Of a DNA stretch of 64,000 nucleotides, positions 22,075-32,572 are shown one piece after another. Position numbers and translations under genes: made by a program. The notes under the pieces are model-generated. The model had not been told where the DNA came from. It did no database searches and saw nothing but the letters and a program-made list of their open reading frames with translations. Position 1 is the stretch's first letter. Each line of letters starts with the position of its first letter. The stretch covers positions 4,352,001 through 4,416,000 of the forward strand of contig OZ242029.1 of NCBI GenBank assembly GCA_965205015.1. The letters are read 5' to 3'. This DNA comes from Candidatus Poribacteria bacterium (GTDB lineage Bacteria; Poribacteria; WGA-4E; WGA-3G).

Positions 22075-23229
22075 ATGAAAATATTTGCATTTATCGCGGC
22101 GATTGCTATCTTAATAGTCGGATTATCCGCCTGTGAGCGAGCGGCGCAGATTGTCCAACCTGCCACATCCGACGGAGTAGGAGCGAGTTCCACTGGCGAC
22201 CTCACCATCGGACTCGTTTTACCTTTGACGGGACACTTGGCTGCCACAGGTGAACTCATGAAACAAGGCTTTGACCTTGCCTTCGATGAAATTAACAACG
22301 CCCAGCTCGGTGGTACAAAATTCACATTCATCGTTGAGGATGACACCAGTACCCCTGAGGGGGCAGTGGACGCTTTCAACAAACTGATTCATCAAGACGG
22401 TCTGTCTGTTATTCTCGGTCCCGCGTCTTCAAGTGCGACTCGGGCAGCTTTTCCGGTCGCACAAGAGAATCAGGTCGTCGCTATGAGTGCCACAGCAGGT
22501 GCCCGTGGCCTCGGCGCAATCGGTGATTTTGTCTTTCGTGTGCCACTCGCGACAGATGTTTCGGCTCTTAAAGGTGTCGAGATAACACATGCAAAACTCG
22601 GGTATCAACGGGTCGCTACGCTCTATGACGACACCGATCTTTTCTCCACCGATCGAGACACAGCATTGCGGGAAGTTTTCGCTATGAAAGGTGTTGAGGT
22701 GCTCACCTCAGAAACTTTCCAGAGTGGCGATACCGACTTCTCGGCGCAGTTAACTCGGATAAAAGCGTTGAACCCGGAAGTTATCTTTGTCTCAGCGTTG
22801 CCCCCTGAAAAACCGGGGATCCTGATTCAAGCACGCCAACTCGGTATATCGGGCACCTTTATCGTTAGCTCCTTAACCGATCTTGAGGTCGAAGTCGCAG
22901 GGGCTGCCGCGGAAGGGGCAATTACTTTTATAGGGTGGCTCCCTACAGATGACACCCCCGGAAACCAAGCCTTTGTTCAGAAATATAGTGCCACTTACGG
23001 TATGGAACCAAACGCCTTCGCCACAGTATCGTATACCGCCGTCTATCTTTTAGCCGAGGCGATTAAGAATGCTGAGTCAACTGATGCCATCTCGATTCGA
23101 GATGCGTTGGCGAATATCACGGATTTTGACACGGTTTTAGGCAAGTTTTCTTTTGATGCCGACGGAGACGCTGTCTATGCCCCGAAGGCACTGATAGTAA
23201 AAGATGGGACATTGCAACCTTTTGAGTAA
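22075..23229 (+). CDS. Branched-chain amino acid ABC transporter substrate-binding lipoprotein (LivJ/K-like)
   Basis: Lipobox LSAC; IGLVLPLTG, GDTDFSAQLTRIKA, FSFDADGD. Confidence 0.88.
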   Translation: MKIFAFIAAIAILIVGLSACERAAQIVQPATSDGVGASSTGDLTIGLVLPLTGHLAATGELMKQGFDLAFDEINNAQLGGTKFTFIVEDDTSTPEGAVDAFNKLIHQDGLSVILGPASSSATRAAFPVAQENQVVAMSATAGARGLGAIGDFVFRVPLATDVSALKGVEITHAKLGYQRVATLYDDTDLFSTDRDTALREVFAMKGVEVLTSETFQSGDTDFSAQLTRIKALNPEVIFVSALPPEKPGILIQARQLGISGTFIVSSLTDLEVEVAGAAAEGAITFIGWLPTDDTPGNQAFVQKYSATYGMEPNAFATVSYTAVYLLAEAIKNAESTDAISIRDALANITDFDTVLGKFSFDADGDAVYAPKALIVKDGTLQPFE

Positions 23230-23241
23230 CCCATCAGACCT

Positions 23242-23376
23242 CGGTAGGTGGGGTTTCGTAACCGCCTCAGACGCCATGGGCCCGGTAGGGGCGGTTTCCT
23301 AACTGCACCGAATCGGCAAAAAAGACGCAAAATCGACAATTTATCCCTGGAGGGGCAGTCCTTGGTGGCTGCCCCA
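23242..23376. repeat. Cluster of GTAG-type REP hairpins
   Basis: CGGTAGGTGGGGTTTCGTAACCGC, CGGTAGGGGCGGTTTCCTAACTGCACCG, GGGGCAGTC..GGCTGCCCC. Confidence 0.55.
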
Positions 23377-23556
23377 TATCCATCATTTTAGGTTTGATAG
23401 AACAGCAATAGCAAACATCTCTAACCAACTGAAACACCGCTATGATAACGAAAGCCAATTTTAAAGATGTGCTCAAAACGCTTGGCTTCACTTGTGTCTA
23501 ATTAATTCCGTTTTTATTCTTAATAAGGACACATAAAGCACAGGAAAAAGAAAACT

Positions 23557-24960
23557 ATGAGAACACAAACGATGTATGAAAAAATATGGGAGGCGCATCT
23601 CGTTCGTGCCTCCGCAGACGAAGTGCCGATCCTCTATATTGACACGCACCTCGTTCACGAAGTCACATCCCCACAGGCGTTTGAGGGGTTAAGGCTCAAC
23701 AATCGGAAGGTCCGACGTCCGGATCTGACGTTCGCCACGATGGATCACAACGTCCCGACAACGGATAGGTCGCTGCCCGTCACTGATCTGATTGCGGCGA
23801 AGCAGATGAAAACGCTGGCGGAAAACTGCACTGAGTTTGACATCCCGCTCTACGATATCGATAGTCCTGAACAAGGCATCGTGCATGTCATCGGACCTGA
23901 ACTTGGCATTACACAGCCCGGCAAGACCATTGTCTGCGGGGATAGCCACACCTCAACGCACGGTGCACTCGGCGCACTCGCTTTCGGCATCGGCACGAGC
24001 GAGATTGAGCATGTCCTCGCCACGCAATGTCTCCTCCAACAGAAGTCGGAAACCTTTGAGATTCGGATTGATGGCACACTCCCCTACGGTGTGACGGCAA
24101 AAGACATCATTCTCTCTATCATCGGACATATCGGTATTGACGGTGGCAACGGTGCTGTCGTTGAATACACAGGCTCCGCTATCCGTGCCCTCAGCATCGA
24201 GGAACGGATGACGGTTTGCAATATGTCGATCGAGGCAGGGGCTCGCGCCGGTATGATTGCACCTGATGATACTACCTATGAATACATCGCTGGCAAACGT
24301 TTCGCACCGAAAGGTGAGGCGTTTGATGCGGCAGTCGAACACTGGAAGCAACTCCCGACTGACGAAGGTGCGACCTACGATCGCACTTTGCAACTCGATG
24401 CAGCAAAAATCGCACCGCAGGTGACGTGGGGCACCAACCCCGGTATGGTGACCGATGTGACAGGACATGTGCCAGACCCTGCAGACATGGCAACAGCCGA
24501 CGAAAAGACGGCTACCGAACACGCCTTAGCATATATGGATCTCAAACCCGGCACACCCCTCACAGATATTCCAGTGGATAGAGTGTTCATCGGCAGTTGT
24601 ACCAACTCCCGTATCAGTGATCTACGCGCTGCCGCGGAAGTCGCAAAGGGCAGGAAAGTCGCGGAGAACGTTAGTGCAATGGTCGTTCCTGGCTCACAGG
24701 CGGTTAAACGCCAAGCGGAAGCGGAAGGGCTCGACGAGGTTTTTCGAACCGCTGGTTTTGAGTGGCGAGAAGCCGGTTGTAGCATGTGTCTCGGTATGAA
24801 TCCTGATACCTTAATGCCGGGTCAACGCTGTGCCAGCACATCGAACCGGAATTTTGAGGGAAGACAGGGCAAAGGCGGACGCACGCACCTTGTCAGCCCG
24901 CAGATGGCGGCTGCGACTGCTGTCACAGGGCACTTTGTGGATATCCGAACGTTTGGGTAG
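23557..24960 (+). CDS. leuC: 3-isopropylmalate dehydratase large subunit
   Basis: [42 protein letters not shown]. Confidence 0.97.
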   Translation: MRTQTMYEKIWEAHLVRASADEVPILYIDTHLVHEVTSPQAFEGLRLNNRKVRRPDLTFATMDHNVPTTDRSLPVTDLIAAKQMKTLAENCTEFDIPLYDIDSPEQGIVHVIGPELGITQPGKTIVCGDSHTSTHGALGALAFGIGTSEIEHVLATQCLLQQKSETFEIRIDGTLPYGVTAKDIILSIIGHIGIDGGNGAVVEYTGSAIRALSIEERMTVCNMSIEAGARAGMIAPDDTTYEYIAGKRFAPKGEAFDAAVEHWKQLPTDEGATYDRTLQLDAAKIAPQVTWGTNPGMVTDVTGHVPDPADMATADEKTATEHALAYMDLKPGTPLTDIPVDRVFIGSCTNSRISDLRAAAEVAKGRKVAENVSAMVVPGSQAVKRQAEAEGLDEVFRTAGFEWREAGCSMCLGMNPDTLMPGQRCASTSNRNFEGRQGKGGRTHLVSPQMAAATAVTGHFVDIRTFG

Positions 24961-25017
24961 GAAGATTGGAAGGTGTTGTTTTCCTGCTATCTCCAACATA
25001 AGAAGGAAACAGAAAAG

Positions 25018-25599
25018 ATGGAAGCATTCAAAGAACACGTTGGACGTGTTGTCCCGCTTGACCGAATTAACGTTGATACCGACCAGATTATCCCGAAACA
25101 ATTCCTGAAACGGATTGAACGGACCGGTTTCGGTGAATTTCTCTTTAACGACTGGCGTTACCTTGAGAATGGGGATCCGAACCCAGAGTTCGTGCTAAAC
25201 CTCCCACGCTATGCCGGTGCCAGTATTCTCATTGCTGGTGCGAATTTCGGTTGTGGGAGCTCCCGCGAACACGCCCCGTGGGCACTCCAGCAGTACGGTT
25301 TCAAAGCGATTCTCGCGCCCTCATTTGCTGATATTTTTCGCAATAATTGCTACAAGAACGGTATTCTCCCGATAGCCTTGCCTGCGGATGTTATCACATC
25401 ACTCAGTCAAGAAGCACAGGACACCGAGGGCTATCAACTAATGATAGACTTGGAACAACAGTCGGTGATTTGCGCTGATGGCACCGCCCATAATTTTGAA
25501 ATCGGCGATTTTGAGAAGTACTGCCTGCTCAATGGGCTGGACGAAATCGGCTGGACCTTGCAGTATGAGGCGGATATTGCTGCTTATGAAAATCAATAG
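25018..25599 (+). CDS. leuD: 3-isopropylmalate dehydratase small subunit
   Basis: [28 protein letters not shown]; start set at ATG 25018 after AAGGA. Confidence 0.96.
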   Translation: MEAFKEHVGRVVPLDRINVDTDQIIPKQFLKRIERTGFGEFLFNDWRYLENGDPNPEFVLNLPRYAGASILIAGANFGCGSSREHAPWALQQYGFKAILAPSFADIFRNNCYKNGILPIALPADVITSLSQEAQDTEGYQLMIDLEQQSVICADGTAHNFEIGDFEKYCLLNGLDEIGWTLQYEADIAAYENQ

Positions 25600-25674
25600 A
25601 TTAGTTTCCATATTCGAGGTCTATGGTATCCGTTTTGATCACTAATTGCGGTAAAATTAAGGTGGAGATAAAGG

Positions 25675-25935
25675 ATGGCACATGCCAAAAAGATAAGAGC
25701 AACCTACAAAAACGGAGTGATTGCGCCGTTAGATAAAATTAATCTTCCCGAAGGACAAGCACTTGAGGTAGAAATAAAAGCTCTTCCCTCCATCACTTCC
25801 GAACTTTCTCTTGACCAAAAGAGAGAATTGATTCAGAAAACTCGCGGCTCAATGAAAGGCACATGGGGAAGTAATGTTGAAGAAATTAATGCATACATCC
25901 GGTCAGAAAGGAACTCATGGGATCGAGAGTTTTAG
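25675..25935 (+). CDS. DUF104/AF2212-like antitoxin
   Basis: IRATYKNGVIAPLDKINLPEG pattern; ends ...ERNSWDREF. Confidence 0.7.
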   Translation: MAHAKKIRATYKNGVIAPLDKINLPEGQALEVEIKALPSITSELSLDQKRELIQKTRGSMKGTWGSNVEEINAYIRSERNSWDREF

Positions 25936-26004
25936 ATTTTCACTGAGTCTATCCTCAAACGGTATCAGTGTTTTTAGATGCCAATGACAGAGACTCGAAG
26001 AAAT

Positions 26005-26045
26005 CAGGCACTTGTGGGTTAACCATAACAGTGCCTGTTTTTATT
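26005..26045 (+). terminator. Probable terminator hairpin
   Basis: CAGGCACT..AGTGCCTG stem followed by TTTTTATTT. Confidence 0.55.
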
Positions 26046-26117
26046 TATTTGGCGAAATTTGGTGTGTCTATGGTTTTATAGGATCGCTTTTTTGCTTTTT
26101 GACAGGAGGACTGAACA

Positions 26118-27617
26118 ATGGCTCATTTTTTTTCTGAAGCAAGCCGGACTTTCAGTGAGTACTTGCTTTTACCTAACTTAACAACGAAGGATTGTATCCC
26201 GGAAAATGTTGTCCTGAGAACCCCTCTGGTGAAGTTTGAAGTCGGGCAACACCCTTCCCTGGAGGTGAATATTCCGTTGGCTTCTGCCATCATGCAAGCC
26301 GTTTCGGATCACAATTTGGCGATTGCACTGGCGAGACAGGGCGGGATATCCTTTATTTATGGGTCTCAAAGTATTGAAGAGCAGGTAGCAATGGTCCGAG
26401 CCGTTAAAAACCACAAAGCGGGTTTTGTCGTCAGCGACTCAAATTTAAAGTGTGATAACACAATATCAGATGTCGTGAAACTCACCCAAGAAACAGGGCA
26501 CTCGACGATCGCTGTAACCGAAGATGGCTCCCCGTCAGGTGAGCTGCTCGGACTGATAACGGATAAGGACTATCGATTGAGTCGCGTGGATTTAAATACG
26601 AAAGTCAGCGAATTGATGACACCGTTTTCTCAGTTGATCGTTGGTCGAAAGGGAATTACGATTGAAGGTGCCAACGACCTCATTTGGGAACACAAGATAA
26701 ATTGTCTACCGATTGTTGATGAAAATCGTAAACTGGTCCACTTGGTCTTTAGAAAGGATTACGATGACCATAAGAAGAATCCTCTTGAATCCATAGATTC
26801 CCAGAAAAGACTTATCGTCGGTGCCGGTGTGAATACAAGAGATTATAAGGAAAGAGTTCCAGCACTGGTAGAGTCAGGCGTTGATATTATTTGTGTTGAT
26901 TCGTCTGAGGGGTATACAGAATGGCAATCAGACACCATAAAATTCATTAAAAATACGTACGATGGGACTGTGAAAGTGGGCGGCGGGAATGTCGTTCACG
27001 GAGATGCCTTTATGTATCTGGTCGAAGCCGGTGCTGACTTTATAAAAGTGGGTATCGGTGGCGGTGCTATCTGTATAACAAGGGAACAGAAAGGTATTGG
27101 TCGTGGGCAAGCGACTGCCGTCATTGAAGTCGCTCGGCAAAGGGACCTGTATTTGAAGGAAACCGGGGTTTACGTGCCCATTTGCTCAGATGGGGGTATA
27201 TTCCAAGATTATCATATCGGTTTGGCGCTTGCCATGGGTGCTGATTTTGTGATGATGGGCAGATATTTTGCGAGATTTGATGAAAGTCCAAGTAAGATCA
27301 GAAAACTGGGTATGAATACAGTGAAAGAATATTGGGGAGAAGGCACAAAACGAGCCGCCAATTGGCAGCGTTACCACGAGGGCGGCGGTCCAGAATTGTT
27401 GTTCGAGGAGGGTGCTGATGCCTATGTCCCTTATGCAGGAAAGATGAACGATAGTTTGAAAACGACCCTCGCAAAAATCCGATCGCTCATGTGCAATTGT
27501 GGGGCGATATCCCTACCGGAATTCCGTCAAAAAGCGAGATTCGTGTTAGTCTCTTCAGCAAGTATTCGTGAAGGCGGGGTCCACGATATTATCCCAAGAA
27601 CGACGCAGGATGGATAA
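26118..27617 (+). CDS. guaB: IMP dehydrogenase with CBS pair
   Basis: [21 protein letters not shown] (catalytic Cys), CSDGG, MMGRYFA, YWGEG. Confidence 0.93.
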   Translation: MAHFFSEASRTFSEYLLLPNLTTKDCIPENVVLRTPLVKFEVGQHPSLEVNIPLASAIMQAVSDHNLAIALARQGGISFIYGSQSIEEQVAMVRAVKNHKAGFVVSDSNLKCDNTISDVVKLTQETGHSTIAVTEDGSPSGELLGLITDKDYRLSRVDLNTKVSELMTPFSQLIVGRKGITIEGANDLIWEHKINCLPIVDENRKLVHLVFRKDYDDHKKNPLESIDSQKRLIVGAGVNTRDYKERVPALVESGVDIICVDSSEGYTEWQSDTIKFIKNTYDGTVKVGGGNVVHGDAFMYLVEAGADFIKVGIGGGAICITREQKGIGRGQATAVIEVARQRDLYLKETGVYVPICSDGGIFQDYHIGLALAMGADFVMMGRYFARFDESPSKIRKLGMNTVKEYWGEGTKRAANWQRYHEGGGPELLFEEGADAYVPYAGKMNDSLKTTLAKIRSLMCNCGAISLPEFRQKARFVLVSSASIREGGVHDIIPRTTQDG

Positions 27618-27620
27618 AAA

Positions 27621-29153
27621 ATGAAAACTCTCAACAACGAAATCGCGCTTAATCTTGACGGTGATGCAGAGGTGTCTGTCAAAGGTTTCATCGCGCCGAT
27701 TGAGTCCATGGACCCCAATTTCCATGAAGAATGGGATGCGCTGGCAAATTTGCGCGTTGCTGAACCGGAAAAGGCGTACTTTACTTCGGTTTTCCAAGCG
27801 TTCCTTCCAGATAAGCCTGTCTCCGTTGGGGATTACTGGCAGATTGACGACCAAGGCGCGCTTGCCTTGCTGAGGCAATTTCAACCCAATCCGAATCTGG
27901 ATATGCACATTAACGTCGGAGATTCCCGTGGTTTATGGGCATGCCTACGCGCGTACAACGCTGAATTCGCTGATATTGTGTTCCGCATCCATGCGGAATT
28001 TGCGTTAGAGGACGGTTGGTTCACGCCTTCTCAGTTTGCTGGACATCTGGTTATTGACCGTATGAAGAAGCGTGTCGTGTTTTTCCAGATGCGTGTTCCT
28101 GAAGATACATCGTTTGATGTCAACTGGAGGAAACACAAAGATCACTCTGGTTTTATTACCGGTGGTGGCGTTTGTCCGCACATTGAGCTTCTTACGAAAA
28201 TGCCAGATGTTACTCAGGAAACCGAGTTCACAACATCAATCGCGCGAGAAGAGGCTGAACGCATACTGATACAACGCTTCTATAAATCACAGCAAATTAA
28301 CTGGGTGCCATTTGAAGAGGCATCAGAAATATCACAAGCACAACAGAAACCGATCCATACCATTTCAGTCGATGGACCGCTCGCGGACGAGGCATGCTGA
28401 GGGAGCGGCAAAAACTTGAGGGCAGTTGTCCTCTCCGACGAACGAATCATTGAATTTCTGAACGAAAATTTTATCAATACGTGGGTGCGTAATGCCGAGC
28501 TTAGACGCATGCGTGATTCCCAAGGATTTGAGGAAATGCCTCCCTTGGCACGCACAATCATTACTAACAAATGGCGAAGAGGTCCAGTAGATACGTGGGT
28601 TATATCTCCCGAACTTGAAGCGATAGGACACGTAGCGGTCAATGATTACCTTGACAACAACCGCTGCAAGGATGGGACTTTGGAGAGTGAGAATTACCTC
28701 CTATTTCTCACGAATTCCTTAGAGGCAAAACTCCCCGGATTCGGGAACACTGTTCTCACACCCGAGCAACCCTCCCAACGAATATTGGACGTTGTTCGCA
28801 CCCCAGAATATGGACATCAAGACTACACGGTTGTCGTGATTGACACCACTGCATTTGAAAGAGGCGGTGCACTCATCATCGATATTGAAGTAGGTGGTGA
28901 AAAGGCGTATGGATCATTTCATCTTCTGGATGCCGATCACAAACTTACCTTTGATCCTTATTACAAACGTCCCGAAGGAATCCTTCTTGAGGAATCGCAC
29001 GACACAGGTTGGTTGAGTCCCAATGAAACGGGACAAATGACACATCGTTTTGAGTGTGGACAGATCTTCAAATTGGTCGCTCTGGGCTGGGCATCTAACG
29101 AGAAAGGAAGCATCAACGCTTTTCACGCAAGAATTTCTGTAGAGGAAAAGTAA
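27621..29153 (+). CDS. Selenoprotein N-like protein, copy 1 (510 aa, Sec at UGA 28398-28400)
   Basis: ORFs 27621-28400 and 28416-29153 are in one frame, joined by GPLADEAC-TGA-GSGKNLRAVVLSDERII; SECIS-like hairpin downstream; motifs resemble SELENON. Confidence 0.85.
28418..28433 (+). promoter_or_regulatory. Bacterial SECIS-like hairpin (copy 1)
   Basis: GAGGGC-AGTT-GTCCTC; loop starts 24 nt after the UGA. Confidence 0.7.
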
Positions 29154-29154
29154 A

Positions 29155-31152
29155 ATGGAAACTTCACCGAACAAAATCCCTCTCACACTCGGCAGGGATG
29201 CAGCAGTGTCCGTCAAAGGTTTCATCGCACCGATTGAATATACACAGTACAACTTCCACGTGAAATGGGATGAACTGGCGAACTTTCGCGTCGCTGAACC
29301 AGAGAAGCAGTACCCAACATCCATTTTTCAAGCGTTTCTTCCCTCGGAACCGGTTTCGGTCGGTGAATGTTGGGAGATTCAAGAAGAAGGCGCGCTAACG
29401 CTGTTGCGTCAACTTCACCCGAACCCACGACTGGACTTACACTTGGATTCTGGGGATTCTCACGGTTTGTGGGCATGTCTGCGCGCTTACAATAGTGAAT
29501 GTGCTGAAATTCTGTTCCGCATCCACGCCGAATTTGTTATGGAAAATGGTTGCTTTACACCTTCACAATTTGCTGGACGTCTCGTTATTGACCGGGTCCA
29601 CGGAACGATTGTCTCCTTCATGATGCACGTGCCGGCTGCCACACTGAACTTTGATGCAGGCTGGAGGGCCCCGGCGCATCCGGGGGGTGCCGCGGAAATC
29701 GGCTTTTGTCCGAAAATAGAACTCCGTACCGATATTTCAAGTGCTGTGCAGGACACCGAATTCACAGTATCTATTACCGAAGAGGCAGCGAAACGCGCGC
29801 TCATCTTGCGCTTCTATAAGTCACAGCAAATTAACTGGGTATCCTTGGCAGAAGCGTTGGAAATAGCACCCGCACAGCAAAAACCGATTCATGCGATTTC
29901 TGTAGATGGTCCCCTTGTAGATGAAGCCTGCTGAGGGACCGGCAAAGCTTTGAGGACAGGTGTCCTCTCCGACGAACGAATCATCAAATTTCTGAACGAT
30001 AATTTCATCAATACATGGGTTTCCAATTCTGAATTAGGACGCATTCCGAGTTTACGAGCTCCGATCGCCAAAAGACGCGAACGCGAGGGCAAGACCTTTG
30101 ATATGAACCATACTTTGGCACAAGCGATTATAAGAGGGTGGAGCAAATATTCACCGGTGGATTGTATGGTGATCACACATCAATTTGAATTGCTGGGGGG
30201 TATCGACTATAATGTGTTCCTCAGCAACTTGGGAGGTCTGCGCCACACAGAGGCTTACTTACTCTTTCTCAAGGGATCCTTGGACGGAAAACGCCCTGGA
30301 TTGGGAGACGTTATCCTTACTGCTCAACAGCCTTCACAGGAGGTAGTGGACACTTTTCGTATGGTCACGCCTGGGGAGTACACCGTCTTTGCCCTTGATG
30401 CTACAGCGTTTGAAGAGGGTGGCACGCTCAATATTGATATCCAAATCGGTAGAGACACGGCGGACGGTATGTTCTATCTGTTTCACGATGACAGCAAATC
30501 GCCAAAAAGAAAAAAGGTGCTTGATAGGGGAAAAAGCGATGTAGCGGTCTCTGACGCGCTTGCGAAAGTGCTGTGCTTATATGCCGGTGAAACGAAGCAA
30601 ATCAGACACCCTTTTGACCACGGTCAACGTTTTAAATTGTGTGCTATCGGTGATGAGGATGGGTGGTGCGGGGAAGGGGGCGTAAACGCTTTTCATGCAA
30701 AAATTTCTGTAGACGAACATTCCCCGAAGTCTCAGGTTGAATCCTTCACTGCCTCAACCCCTTTGAGCGTTATCCTCGACGGGACACAACCCTCGCAGGA
30801 GATATTGGATATTTTTCGCGCACCGGGAAACGGTTATCAAGATTACACTGTTGTCAATATCGATACAACAGCATTTGAAGACGGTGGCACGCTCAACATT
30901 GATATCCGGGTAGGGAGTGAAGAGGCGGCCGGTTCGTTTGATCTCTTTGATAGTGACACCGAACTCCCGACAGAGGGGATACCTGAAGCGCTCGTCTCGG
31001 CGTGGGTCATTAAATCCGGTAAATCGGGAACAATTAGCCATCGTTTTGAACGAGGTGAAATTTTTAGACTTGGGGCTACTGGAGACTGGTCCAGCGAGAA
31101 AGGGAGGATAAACGCCTTCTCTGCAAAAATTTCCGTGGAAACGGTAGACTAA
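29155..31152 (+). CDS. Selenoprotein N-like protein, copy 2 (665 aa, Sec at UGA 29932-29934)
   Basis: ORFs 29155-29934 and 29950-31152 are in one frame, joined by GPLVDEAC-TGA-GTGKALRTGVLSDERII; paralog of copy 1 with UGA at the same codon (260). Confidence 0.85.
29952..29967 (+). promoter_or_regulatory. Bacterial SECIS-like hairpin (copy 2)
   Basis: GAGGAC-AGGT-GTCCTC; same offset from the UGA as copy 1. Confidence 0.7.
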
Positions 31153-31856
31153 TCATTGATTACTCTCACTGCGAGGCAATCCGACAATCTCACAAACCGA
31201 TATCCATCCCGTTTAAGTGCCGTGATGATTCGATCTGTCGCTTCGATTGTCCCTAAACGGTTTGCCTGCTTATTCTCTGCTTTTCCATCGTGCAGGACGA
31301 TAATCGAACCGGGGCGTGTCTTTTTCAATACCGTTTTAGTGATACGGTCAGGATTCTGTGTCGTCCAATCCCAACTCCAGACGTTGCAGCTGATGTGCAC
31401 GCGGTTACCCTTCGCAAGTACCCACGCGACAGGTAGGAACCTTGTTAAGACCGGTGCCCGAAATACAATCTCTCCGATAATACGCTGTTGCCGAAGCAGC
31501 ACATCTGTTCGTTCAATCTCCCTTCGGACATAGAATGGCGGCAGAAAACCCAGCAAGGGATGGTTATAGGTGTGATTGCCGATCTGGTGTCCCTCAGCAA
31601 TAACCCGATTTACCGTTTCCGGATGCGTTTCGATCCGATTTCCTATCATGAAAAAGGTGGCTTTGACGTTGTGCTTGGCGAGGACATTAAGTAACCGCTC
31701 GGTGTAAGGCGGATTCGGTCCATCGTCGTAGGTGAGCGCGACAATCCGCTGGTCTGTGTTCAGACGAACGATATTCTTTCCGAACGGCGGTCTAAAGAAC
31801 AACCACAGCAGCATCACCATTACAAATGTTCCAACCACTGGGATGATGGGGTTCAT
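31149..31856 (-). CDS. Polysaccharide deacetylase (NodB/CE4) with N-terminal TM anchor
   Basis: ALTYDDGP, GNHTYNH, FRAP, DW, IVLHD motifs. Confidence 0.88.
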   Translation of the reverse strand: MNPIIPVVGTFVMVMLLWLFFRPPFGKNIVRLNTDQRIVALTYDDGPNPPYTERLLNVLAKHNVKATFFMIGNRIETHPETVNRVIAEGHQIGNHTYNHPLLGFLPPFYVRREIERTDVLLRQQRIIGEIVFRAPVLTRFLPVAWVLAKGNRVHISCNVWSWDWTTQNPDRITKTVLKKTRPGSIIVLHDGKAENKQANRLGTIEATDRIITALKRDGYRFVRLSDCLAVRVIND

Positions 31857-32569
31857 TGGGGGCGCGTCCTCATTTTACGTGTGACTGGCAAATGCCACCA
31901 CGGAACGTATGGATACTCGTGGTGTTCCCAATGATACCCAAAGTGATAACAGGTGATAAACGACCAGAATGTTGAATACGCGTTGCTCTGCGCACGGTGG
32001 GGGTTATCATACCCACCTTTCGGTAGACGATGGGGTAGATAGGTCCCGAAATAGAACAGTTGCAACGTGCTAAGTAATGCTGGCGAAACCCAGAACAGTA
32101 TCAGGTTGAGCGTGGGGATCCGCAAAACGTATTCCATAACCTGAAAAACAATTGCCATGCCGACTATCTGTTGCCAACTGAGGTATTCCTTCATAAAATG
32201 AAGATACCACGCCAAGAATCCAGTGTGCTTTCCATCGTGAAAATCCGGATCGGTGCCCCTTGCGGGTGTTCGGTGGTGCGCCCAGTGCTTCTCTAACAAT
32301 TTGCGATATGAAAATAGTGCGTATAACCCGACAGCAATTGCTCCAATTATATTATTGACACGTGGATAGGTCGGGCAAACGGATCCATGCATCGCGTCGT
32401 GTGCTGTGATAAACAGCCCCGTATAGAGAAACGTCTGACACAGTATCCCTATAGGTATCAGCACAATGTTGATATGCCCAACGTCCTGCGTGAGCACAAG
32501 TATGAGACTCAGTCCCCACAATTCGATAATCGTTGCCGCAATGAATAGACCCTTGTTCGTTTTCTTCAT
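31853..32569 (-). CDS. crtW: Beta-carotene ketolase (CrtW type)
   Basis: LYTGLFITAHDAMHG, HWAHH, DPDF, QLFYFGTYLPH, CYHFGYHWEHH. Confidence 0.88.
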   Translation of the reverse strand: MKKTNKGLFIAATIIELWGLSLILVLTQDVGHINIVLIPIGILCQTFLYTGLFITAHDAMHGSVCPTYPRVNNIIGAIAVGLYALFSYRKLLEKHWAHHRTPARGTDPDFHDGKHTGFLAWYLHFMKEYLSWQQIVGMAIVFQVMEYVLRIPTLNLILFWVSPALLSTLQLFYFGTYLPHRLPKGGYDNPHRAQSNAYSTFWSFITCYHFGYHWEHHEYPYVPWWHLPVTRKMRTRPQ

Positions 32570-32572
32570 GTT

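Noticed and set aside
23230-23556. Leucine attenuator or T-box upstream of leuC
   Set aside because: No Leu-rich leader peptide or T-box motif found; the hairpins are REP-like
25917-25990. In-frame TGA as another selenocysteine codon
   Set aside because: No Cys/redox context, no comparable hairpin at the right distance, and the frame degenerates; better explained as a toxin remnant
25990-26110. Purine riboswitch upstream of guaB
   Set aside because: Only a simple hairpin plus T tract; purine-riboswitch core motifs were not recognisable
27621-31152. Four separate hypothetical genes, or two nonsense pseudogenes
   Set aside because: The same TGA at the same codon in two diverged paralogs, in a Cys-adjacent motif with a conserved downstream hairpin, is not expected from random nonsense mutation
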